Shown here in pieces: positions 55,639 to 64,000 of a DNA stretch of 64,000 bases. The notes beneath the pieces were generated by a model. The model searched no databases. It was not told the DNA's origin and saw only the letters and a list, made by a program, of their open reading frames with translations. The translations under genes were made by a program, and so were the position numbers. This DNA is from an uncultured cyanobacterium (GTDB lineage: Bacteria; Cyanobacteriota; Cyanobacteriia; Cyanobacteriales; CAWUOF01). The stretch lies in assembly GCA_963744145.1 (NCBI GenBank), contig CAVUSO010000001.1:2592001-2656000 (forward strand). Direction: 5' to 3'. Numbering within the stretch: position 1 is the stretch's first letter; each line of letters opens with the position of its first letter.

Positions 55639-58003
55639 ATGCTCGATATCAAAGATTTATTTGATGTTAACTATTATTTGGCTCATAATCCAGATGTAGC
55701 AGCCAAAATCAAACCCGGGGATTTTAATGCTGCATTAAAACACTTTGAACAATATGGTCAATATGAAGGTCGTGACCCTGGTGAGTTCTTTAACACCAGT
55801 TTTTATTTACAAAACAACTCTGATGTAGCTGCTGCGGTTAAAGCTCATAAAACTACAGCAATTGAACAGTTTATCCAAAATGGTCAATTTGAAGGTCGCG
55901 ATCCGATTACTGAATTTAACACCAACTATTATTTGCAAAAAAAATCCTGATGTAGCTCTTGCACTGAGCAAAAATAACAGCACCACCAAAGATCCAATTA
56001 CGGGAATAGAACACTTTATAGAATTTGGTCAATACGAGAATCGTCAGATTAGCGCGAAGTTTAATGCTACTCTATATTTGCAAAAAAATCCTGATGTAGC
56101 TAAAGCAGTTTCCTTTGGAGGATTAAGCGCTATTAAACATTACCTAGAATTTGGTAAACAAGAAGGTCGTTCCCCAGTAGGACACAATGTACTGATTTTT
56201 GTTGCTGACGGTTTACGAGAAGGTTCGGTTAATCCTGTAGACTCCCCAACTCTCTGGTCAATTAGACAAAATGGAGTTAATTACGTCAATAGTCATGCTC
56301 TGTTCCCAACCTTTACTACTCCTAATGCTTCCGCGATCGCAACCGGACATTATTTAGGAGATACGGGAGATTTCAGTAATACTGTTTATGCTGGTTCTCC
56401 GGTTCCTAATGCTGGTGGTAGTGTCACACCTTTCATTGAAAGTGATCCAGTTTTGTCAGATATCGATGAAAAATTTCCTGGTCTAAACTTCCTGGATGAA
56501 CAAACTTTACTAGCAACAGCACGTCAAGATGGATATAGTACAGCTGCGGTTGGTAAACTCGGTCCGACTTTAATTCAAGATGTTACTCAAGGAAATCAAG
56601 TGAATGGGGTAGCTCCACCACCACAAACTATCATTATTGATGATAATACAGGAACGGCAGGTGGAGTACCATTAAATTCAGATATTACAGCCAGGTTAAA
56701 TGCCGCGGGGTTACCTCTAGTCACCACACCACGTAACCAACCTTCAGGAACTAATACCACACCAGGAACTCTGAGTGCTAATATTGGTCAGCAACAATAT
56801 TTTGCTGATGCAACGACGAAAGCAGTTCTCCCCCTATTTAAAGATCAGGGAAATCCATTTGTCATGGTGTATTGGTCTCGTGATCCAGATGGAACTCAGC
56901 ATAATAATGGAGATAGTTTAAATACTTTGACTCCAGGTATTAATGGTCCGACTTCTAAAGCTGCAATTAAAAATGCAGATAATAATCTGAAGCAGATTAT
57001 GGATACTTTAAATGCTGAAGGGTTACTAGCTACTACAGATATATTTGTAACTTCAGATCACGGATTTTCAACCATTAGTAAACAACCTGTAAATGCTCAA
57101 GGTACTTCAACAACTAGCTATGCAGCATCTCTTTCCTATTCTGGTGTGAATAAGGGATTTCTACCCAATGGTTTTGTCGCAATTGATCTAGCTAAAGGAT
57201 TAAATCAACCATTATTTGATCCCGATAAAGCGATTACTCCTCTAGCAAATGGTGGAATACAGTATGCTAGTGTTGATCCAACTAAAGGACAAAAACCTGT
57301 AGCTGGAGATGGTTTAATTGGTGGTACTGGAAAAGTAGCCAATAGTAAAACCGATGCTCAAGTTGTAGTTGCAGCTAATGGTGGTTCGGATCTAATTTAT
57401 ATCCCTAGTGGAGATAAAAATATTGCTACACAAGTAGTGAATCTTTTATCTCAACAGGATTATGTGAGTGGAATTTTTGCTGATGATGCTTTCGGACCTA
57501 TTGCTGGTTCATTACCTTTGAGTAGTGTAGGATTGAAAGGATCAGCAATTACTCCGATTCCAGCCATTGTAGTCAACTTCAGAACGTTTTCCGTTGATCC
57601 CAATAATCCGATTCAAACTACGGTTGAAGTAGCTGATTCTGGACTACAACAAGGACAAGGTATGCACGGTTCCTTCGCACGTTCCGATACTTACAATAAT
57701 ATGGCAGCGATCGGTCCTGACTTTAAGCAAGCTTATACCGATACAGCCCCAGTTAGCAACGCGGATATCGCGGTTACCCTGGACAATATTCTTGGTTTAC
57801 CACTTTCTAAGAATGGAAATTTAATTGGTCGAGTTGCGACTGAGTCCGTTGTCGGTGGACCAAATAGTACAGTTTCCACTTCGGGTACTTTACAATCTAC
57901 TCCTGCGGCTAATGGTTTAGCAACTGTTCTCAAATATCAAACCGTTGGTAATAATCAATATTTTGATGCAGCAGGTTTCCCTGGTAGAACTGTTGGACTC
58001 TAA
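55639..58003 (+). pseudogene. Alkaline phosphatase / nucleotide pyrophosphatase family protein with N-terminal YL..NPDVA repeats, split by a +1 frameshift in an A8 run (55937-55944)
   Basis: FVADGLR, FPTFTTPN, DPDGTQH, TSDHG and MHGS metal/catalytic motifs. The repeat unit TTG CAA AAA AAT CCT GAT has A7 at 56082 but A8 at 55937. Confidence 0.85.
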
Positions 58004-58030
58004 ATATTTGTGACTTAATTAAAAACCAAA

Positions 58031-58057
58031 AACCAGGTAGCTAAAAACTACCTGGTT
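58031..58057. terminator. Stem-loop between convergent phosphatase and fbaA genes
   Basis: AACCAGGTAG-7 nt-CTACCTGGTT with an A-rich left flank. Confidence 0.7.
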
Positions 58058-58084
58058 GATTTAATTAACTACTTCTCAAGGGAA

Positions 58085-59164
58085 CTATACAGCTACAGCT
58101 TTCTTAGCAGTAGAACTTAGTTCACCTTTAGCATACTTAACCGCAAACTCATCTAGAGATACTTGCTTAATCTTAGTCCCATAACCAGCAGCACCAAAAG
58201 ATTGATAGCGATCGGCACAAACCTTCTGCATATATTTAATGGAAGGTTTCAAGAAATGACGCGGATCAAATTCTTCTGGTTTAGCAAATAAAGCTTCACG
58301 GACAGCAGCAGTAATCGCGAGACGGTTATCGGTGTCGATATTTACCTTCCGAACACCACTCTTAATCCCTTTTTGGATTTCTTCTACAGGTACACCGTAG
58401 GTTTCACGGATTTTACCACCATTCTTGTTAATAATCGCTAGTAACTCTTCTGGTACAGAAGAAGAACCGTGCATAACTAAGTGAGTATTTGGTAAGCGAC
58501 GGTGAATTTCTTCAATCCGACTAATTGCCAAAATTTCACCAGTAGGTTTGCGAGTAAACTTATAAGCACCATGACTGGTCCCGATCGCTACTGCTAAAGC
58601 ATCTACTTGAGTTTGTTCAACAAAATCCACAGCTTGGTCAGGATCAGTTAGTAGTTGATCATGGGATAATACACCTTCAGCACCATGACCATCTTCCTTG
58701 TCACCCATTCCGGTTTCCAGAGAACCCAAACAACCTAGTTCACCTTCTACGCTTGCACCAACTGCATGGGCAACTTCTACTACTTCACGAGTAACGCGAA
58801 CATTATACTCATAGCTAGCAGGAGTTTTTGCATCTGCTTCCAGAGAACCATCCATCATCACACTGGTGAATCCTTGACGAATTGCTGAATAGCAAGTGCT
58901 AGGAGCATTACCATGATCTTGGTGCATAGCAATGGGGAGATGAGGATAGGTTTCCACCGCAGCCAAAATTAGATGACGCAGGAAGTTTTCTCCCGCGTAG
59001 TTCCGCGCACCACGGGAAGCTTGGATAATCACCGGGCTGTTCGTCTCATTGGCCGCTTGCATGATCGATTGGATCTGCTCCATGTTATTCACATTGTAAG
59101 CGGGAAGTCCGTAACCGTTTTCAGCAGCGTGATCAAGCAGCAAGCGCATGGGTACGATCGCCAT
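58085..59164 (-). CDS. fbaA: Fructose-bisphosphate aldolase class II
   Basis: [35 protein letters not shown]. Confidence 0.97.
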   Translation of the reverse strand: MAIVPMRLLLDHAAENGYGLPAYNVNNMEQIQSIMQAANETNSPVIIQASRGARNYAGENFLRHLILAAVETYPHLPIAMHQDHGNAPSTCYSAIRQGFTSVMMDGSLEADAKTPASYEYNVRVTREVVEVAHAVGASVEGELGCLGSLETGMGDKEDGHGAEGVLSHDQLLTDPDQAVDFVEQTQVDALAVAIGTSHGAYKFTRKPTGEILAISRIEEIHRRLPNTHLVMHGSSSVPEELLAIINKNGGKIRETYGVPVEEIQKGIKSGVRKVNIDTDNRLAITAAVREALFAKPEEFDPRHFLKPSIKYMQKVCADRYQSFGAAGYGTKIKQVSLDEFAVKYAKGELSSTAKKAVAV

Positions 59165-59359
59165 ATATATTTCTCCTAAGTTTTTGGTCTTGGTCAGTCA
59201 GTTGCTTTGAGGCAATGTCTAATAATTAGAATAATCTTAAGATATTTTGCCTCCAATTCAGATCTGACATTTTGGCAATAATATATTTCCGGTCATTTCA
59301 CCTGAAATTATTTTGGCGTTGCTTAATCAGGATATGAAAATAGATAATGGGGAAATCCC

Positions 59360-59403
59360 GTAGGGGCGTATTGCAATAGGGGCGTATTGCAATACGCCCC
59401 TAC
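59360..59403. repeat. REP-like palindrome with internal duplication (GTAGGGGCGTATTGCAAT-AGGGGCGTATTGCAATACGCCCCTAC)
   Basis: Immediately 3' of tRNA-Lys. Confidence 0.75.
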
Positions 59404-59406
59404 GAA

Positions 59407-59478
59407 TGGGTCGCCCGGGATTCGAACCCGGAACTAATCGGTTAAAAGCCGAGTACTCTACCTTTGAGTTAGCGACCC
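59407..59478 (-). tRNA. tRNA-Lys(TTT)
   Basis: GGGTCGC/GCGACCC acceptor stem, anticodon loop CTTTTAA, GGTTCGAATCC T-loop. Confidence 0.96.
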
Positions 59479-59621
59479 AAAATCCAGTAAATTGCGTTTT
59501 TTCAAACCTTTGTAATCTTATCACATATTTTTAAAAAAACGCAACCTTTTTAGCAAAATTTCTGGCAAGGTTTTTGGTGAGCCCCAGGGGAGGCATGGCC
59601 ATCTGCCCCGATCGGGGTGAG

Positions 59622-60779
59622 TTATTCTTTCAGGAGTAAGTAATATAGTTGACCTGGACCACCAGTTACTCCCGCTCGATCGCCAGCTAATTCCCCTGTG
59701 CCCATATAATAATCTACTCTCCCTGGTCCTTTAATGGCACTACCTGTATCTTGGTCAAGCACATAACGACTGACGAGACGATAATTCATCTTCCCTGATT
59801 TATTCGGAAAGGGAATTTCAGTTTGCATCACAGCCAAAGCACCTGGGGGCATTAAGGATTTATCTGTGGCTATAGATCTTTCCGCTGTCACAGGAACACC
59901 GAGACTACCTGTGGGTGATGCACTATGAGTTTCTTGAAAAAAGATAAAGCGCTCATCCCGGGGAATGTAGTTGTTCAGTTCCGTCGGATGTTCCTGAAAA
60001 TACTTGGTCATGACGGGAATGGTCAATCCACTTAAGGGCAATTTGCCATCTTTGGCTAATTCTCGCCCAATACTGGTATAGGGATAATCGGTGGCACCAC
60101 CGAAACCCACAGCCATAGTGGTGCCATCTGTCAACTGCAATTTAGCTGAACCCTGCACTTGCACTAGAAAAGCTTCCAGGCGATCGCGCAACCAGACTAT
60201 TTCCAATCCGCGTAATCGATCGTTATGTAAACCATCGTACCCTTCTAATTCTACTCTCGACTGGGATTGCCAATTTTCAAAGCCCGGTGTTCGATAGAGG
60301 GGATAGCGATATTGAGCCGTAGGGACCCGACTAGCGCTATGTACTGGTTGATAGTAAGCTGTGAACAAAACATTGCCTGAGCTATCCTGACCCACCGAGC
60401 GATAAAATGTAAAATCCCGTTTGACCGCAGCTTGGAGCGCCCCTGGTGAGGTTGAAGTAAGAACTAATTGACGAAAGTGTTGTAAACTGCGGAGAACGCG
60501 ATCGCGAGTGATATCACCAATGGGATAGTAATCTGCGGCGCTAGGAGTTTGCAAATAACGCAAACTATTATCTATAGAAGTCAACAGAGCTTGTCGATCG
60601 CCTGGCTCACCAGCTTGTCCCCAGATCCGGTCATCTAGTCCCAGTTGCTGGACCTTCTTGGATAGGTCAGATTGATCTACAGCTACAGGTTCAAGCGGAT
60701 AATCGGCTTGAGCGGGCAATTGGGGCACTATAGATAATATGCTCAGATTGAAAACAAGGAAAGCAAGGGTTTTTTTCAT
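59622..60779 (-). CDS. mltA: Membrane-bound lytic murein transglycosylase A
   Basis: FTAYYQP, QVQGSA, SIATD, DQDTGSAIKGPGRVD (3D domain). Confidence 0.93.
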   Translation of the reverse strand: MKKTLAFLVFNLSILSIVPQLPAQADYPLEPVAVDQSDLSKKVQQLGLDDRIWGQAGEPGDRQALLTSIDNSLRYLQTPSAADYYPIGDITRDRVLRSLQHFRQLVLTSTSPGALQAAVKRDFTFYRSVGQDSSGNVLFTAYYQPVHSASRVPTAQYRYPLYRTPGFENWQSQSRVELEGYDGLHNDRLRGLEIVWLRDRLEAFLVQVQGSAKLQLTDGTTMAVGFGGATDYPYTSIGRELAKDGKLPLSGLTIPVMTKYFQEHPTELNNYIPRDERFIFFQETHSASPTGSLGVPVTAERSIATDKSLMPPGALAVMQTEIPFPNKSGKMNYRLVSRYVLDQDTGSAIKGPGRVDYYMGTGELAGDRAGVTGGPGQLYYLLLKE

Positions 60780-61033
60780 TCAGCGTAGTCTCGCTCAACA
60801 CTAGAGGTATAAACTGGTTCCACCCTGATGGCAAGTATAGAAGCAGGACGAACGACCATATACTCACCTTGAACATTTTTGATGGGTACACTGATAAAGT
60901 CGTTGGAACCGCTTTTTGGTACTAATTCTGCGCTGTACCATTTCTGAAAATCTTGGATGGTGAGAAAACTAACTTTTTCCCGATGACCACCTTGGATCAT
61001 GATATGTACAGCAAATTCAGTCGGTTTAGGCAT
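60776..61033 (-). CDS. Conserved cyanobacterial hypothetical protein
   Basis: Intact ORF with ATGA overlap into mltA; GGHRE.V.F..IQ.FQKWY. Confidence 0.7.
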   Translation of the reverse strand: MPKPTEFAVHIMIQGGHREKVSFLTIQDFQKWYSAELVPKSGSNDFISVPIKNVQGEYMVVRPASILAIRVEPVYTSSVERDYAE

Positions 61034-61174
61034 AATGGAAAATTATTTTAACTACTTCGACACTATTGTCAACTACCCGGAACATTAAGGGAATGGGTTG
61101 ACCCAAAAAAATTTTGTTGATCGCTGTTCTGAAGAATTTATTCTGAACCTACCAGATTGGTCGCGACCAGTCCG

Positions 61175-62956
61175 TTAATTTTTTAAATAAAATTCATCAA
61201 ACTTGATCACTTTACCTCCCACCACTTGGGTATCAAAACGATAGCTGCTGACTGTACCTGTGGCTGTTTCCAAAATACTAAACGCTGTAATATCATTACT
61301 GGCAATATAGGGCAGGGGATTGCCATTTTCATCCAGTAGTGGTGCAATACTAGGCATAATCGGTAATAACCCATTGCCATCACCAACTGCTACATATTCT
61401 TCTTGATAATCAGTGGGAACTCTCCGTTGATTATTACCGACATGAGCCCCGTAGGAATTACCCACATTGGAACTTTCTAAAAAGTGCATCCCCTGGTCAC
61501 TGACAAACCGATTCCACAAATGAGAATGACCATAGAATACTAATTGAACTCCTGCTGATTCTAATAAAGGTATTATATCACGAATAATATAATCATCAGC
61601 TCGCGGATATTCATAACGAATTGCTACAATTGCACCTGATTGATCGCGATCGATGACTTGAATTGGATCGGTATAAGCAGGAACAATGTTTTCTCCTAAA
61701 GAATGGGGAGGATGGTGAAACATGACAATTTTATATTTAGCTTGTTGAAATTCTGGACTATTTAACTCTCCTACTAACCAGTTATATTGTTTGCTACCTG
61801 CTTGAATTGGTTCAAAAATATGCTGTCCATAACCTAATTCACTCGGATGCTGAAAATTTTCGATCGGATCGGTATATTTTCCTCTAGTATGGGGACTGAT
61901 TTCTGGCGATCGCCAAATATTAGTAATATATAAGACTACTAATCGGATATCGCCAAAAGTGACCGCATAATAATTGTTTTCCTCTTGCTCGGTTTGGGGA
62001 AGATGAAAAATTTCGTTACAAGTAATACTATTAAAAGAATTATCTCTAATCCAATTTTTCTTTTCTTCAGGAGTGAGATTTAATTGGGAAGCTTGTTGTG
62101 CATATAATTCTTCTGCAACTCTGATCGGAATAGCTTGATACTGTTTATCTATTTCCTGTTCATCGGAAAATCGTCCCATCACTTCATGATTACCAACCGC
62201 AATAAATAAAGGTGCAGATTGAATGATGGCACTACCAGTATAAATGGTTTTAACTCCATTCTTTTCTAATTCATAATGAGCATGACCTTGGAGATTGGGA
62301 AAAAAAGCATTACCGCGCTGATCATCAAACCATTCCGAAGCGCGATCGGGAGCATTAACTAAATCAGCAGCAAAGAAAACAGCATCAATCTTACCGACTG
62401 TTTCCGTGACTTTCTGGAGATTAGCACTAGTCATCGGTTTTAATTGATGATCAGAAGTTAGTAAGATTTTCAGTGCTGTACCTGGTGTGGGTGCGGGTGC
62501 TAAATTAAATATATCACTCTTGACAATTTGATTATTGTCTGATATACTAACTACTTGATAAGGAAGATTTGAGCCAGGTACAAGTCCCGTCACCTCCCCT
62601 TCATGACGCCAAATATTTCTTAATGTGGGTTTTTGGTAAATTTGTCCATTGGTAATTTGTTCACCCACAAAGGATTTTTGATCTTCACGGACACGACTTA
62701 ACTTGGTAGTAGTCGCGATCGCAGTTTTTGCTAGTTCTGGACCATAAACAATCTGATGATTTTGACCAGCAAATTCCGTAAACCAAACTACCTTAACTGA
62801 GGTTGAGGTGGGAAATTGCAGAAAGGGATCGGTAAGCAGATGGATGGTCGATTCCATAGAAATTACTTTCCTTGTTAGTCTATTGTCTAAGGATGTGAAG
62901 CATAAGATCACAACTAATAATGTAGCCAAAATTGGTAGGAAAGACTTATGCACCAT
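61175..62956 (-). CDS. Secreted metallophosphoesterase (purple acid phosphatase-like, FN3 N-terminal domain)
   Basis: Signal/TM segment, DPFLQ, TSDHQ, ADLV, GNHE, FHHP, GHSH. Confidence 0.88.
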   Translation of the reverse strand: MVHKSFLPILATLLVVILCFTSLDNRLTRKVISMESTIHLLTDPFLQFPTSTSVKVVWFTEFAGQNHQIVYGPELAKTAIATTTKLSRVREDQKSFVGEQITNGQIYQKPTLRNIWRHEGEVTGLVPGSNLPYQVVSISDNNQIVKSDIFNLAPAPTPGTALKILLTSDHQLKPMTSANLQKVTETVGKIDAVFFAADLVNAPDRASEWFDDQRGNAFFPNLQGHAHYELEKNGVKTIYTGSAIIQSAPLFIAVGNHEVMGRFSDEQEIDKQYQAIPIRVAEELYAQQASQLNLTPEEKKNWIRDNSFNSITCNEIFHLPQTEQEENNYYAVTFGDIRLVVLYITNIWRSPEISPHTRGKYTDPIENFQHPSELGYGQHIFEPIQAGSKQYNWLVGELNSPEFQQAKYKIVMFHHPPHSLGENIVPAYTDPIQVIDRDQSGAIVAIRYEYPRADDYIIRDIIPLLESAGVQLVFYGHSHLWNRFVSDQGMHFLESSNVGNSYGAHVGNNQRRVPTDYQEEYVAVGDGNGLLPIMPSIAPLLDENGNPLPYIASNDITAFSILETATGTVSSYRFDTQVVGGKVIKFDEFYLKN

Positions 62957-62959
62957 GAT

Positions 62960-64000
62960 TTAAGATAGAATCTTTGGTAAGCCTACTTGTTTGGGTTGGA
63001 CAAATTTACCATTAAATCCCACTGCTTTACCTTCAATGGTTCTTGCTTCAGCTACTTTTAAGCGCAATTCGGCAATTTCCACATCATTCTTCATTCCACC
63101 CAAGAGATAAACAATTAACTCGCTAGCTAATTCCTGTCCAGAAACTAAGATCCGCTTTTTATTAGGATCAAAAAATATCCCATACCAGAGAGATTTGGGA
63201 GAATCTATTCCACTAAATCCGTCATCAGCATCGTATTTGCTGAGTTTATTAAAAACATCGGCGATCGGCAATCGTTTTTTAAATACTAAAATTCCTAACG
63301 CTTGAGCTAAAGCAACTTGTCCAACTGGACGAAACAGAATATTTCCTTCCCCACCTTTTTTTTCAAAACTAAAACGTCGCATATCTGGGGTTTCTGTGCC
63401 AAATCTTAAGCGATAATAGCTGGGTAAATCAGCTAAATGATCAAACAACTCAGAGAACTTCTCTAATCCTTCTTCCAGTTGCTTATTACTCGGACGGATG
63501 GGAATTAAATTTTTATCTGCTGGTTTCCAAGTTGGATATTTATGAATTAAATATCGCTCTGACATTTCTTTGAGAGCTTGAAGTGTAGTTAAAACAGTTG
63601 AATTATTCGCAACCGTAGGACTATCCCAATCAATCCGGGGATGACGACCATTTATACTTTTTAATAGGGGATGGGTAACCGCAACTTTTCTCGCAATAAT
63701 GGAAAATCCATCATCTTCATTGAGGAGGGTTAACTGTCCCTGACTTAATTTGACAGCACTAAGATTAACATGAACAAAAATAGATCTAATTCTTTTTCTT
63801 GCTTCAGCACGAGTTTCCCCTTTAACGACCGCTGGAATAAATTCAATCCCGATGCTTTCATTAACTAGTTTATAGAGTTCTTCGCTTTCTATTTCCGATT
63901 TTTCCATGATCTCTTCAATAGTGATCGCTGGACCGACATTTTTCTTCATTTTATTGACCGGTTGGAATTGACCGGTTTTTAGTAAGGTCATTAAACCTTG
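62960..64000 (-). CDS. DGQHR/DndB-like domain protein, 5'-truncated by the window edge
   Basis: RSIFVHVN..A..L...QL..LNEDD.FSIIAR and LTTLQAL motifs typical of cyanobacterial DndB-like proteins. The DGQHR motif itself is outside the window. Confidence 0.7.
   Translation of the reverse strand, partial: QGLMTLLKTGQFQPVNKMKKNVGPAITIEEIMEKSEIESEELYKLVNESIGIEFIPAVVKGETRAEARKRIRSIFVHVNLSAVKLSQGQLTLLNEDDGFSIIARKVAVTHPLLKSINGRHPRIDWDSPTVANNSTVLTTLQALKEMSERYLIHKYPTWKPADKNLIPIRPSNKQLEEGLEKFSELFDHLADLPSYYRLRFGTETPDMRRFSFEKKGGEGNILFRPVGQVALAQALGILVFKKRLPIADVFNKLSKYDADDGFSGIDSPKSLWYGIFFDPNKKRILVSGQELASELIVYLLGGMKNDVEIAELRLKVAEARTIEGKAVGFNGKFVQPKQVGLPKILS

Larger units (their letters stand above)
1031..62720. 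repeat. Dispersed HIP1 octamer GCGATCGC (dozens of copies)
   Basis: Examples at 1031, 2244, 3484, 18721, 21894, 23463, 24668. Apparently absent from about 18.73-21.89 kb and from the methyltransferase gene. Confidence 0.9.

Noticed and set aside
59327..59524. 65-aa minus-strand ORF
   Set aside because: It runs through tRNA-Lys and a REP palindrome and is spurious.

Overview
A 64 kb chromosomal window from a filamentous, Oscillatoriales-like cyanobacterium. The lineage is inferred from abundant HIP1 GCGATCGC octamers, the ndhA-I-G-E-nadK operon, a cyanobacterial AbrB-like gene, fibrillin and SipA. Housekeeping genes include aas, pdhC, nth, rpsN, aat, cbiB, pyrR, fni, sppA, gltA, alr, cbiX (with a cobalamin riboswitch), fbaA, mltA, tRNA-Ser(GCT) and tRNA-Lys(TTT). 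They surround five accessory blocks. (1) A 3xTIR-TM-14xWD40 gene lies beside an IS66 remnant. (2) A defence-like island (about 18.7-27.4 kb) carries AlkB, a broken DUF433/DUF5615 toxin-antitoxin pair interrupted by an unannotated three-gene cassette (DUF3467-like protein, putative antitoxin, ADP-ribosyltransferase-like protein with an in-frame stop), an orphan methyltransferase, an Rpn-like nuclease with an intragenic start flanked by HIP1-bounded 74-bp direct repeats, a DUF488-DUF488-dual-OB operon and a nucleotidyltransferase. (3) A FolE2/MptA gene is paired with a RibD-C reductase behind a consensus promoter. (4) There are two signalling operons: di-heme cytochrome c peroxidase / DAHL-PAS adenylate cyclase / hybrid kinase, and coiled-coil / BON-OmpA / Rab-like GTPase / cyclase / kinase / MscS. 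(5) A small phage-like relic follows tRNA-Ser. Five genes carry single-base disruptions that may be real or assembly errors. All calls come from motif recognition by eye; no database searches were run.
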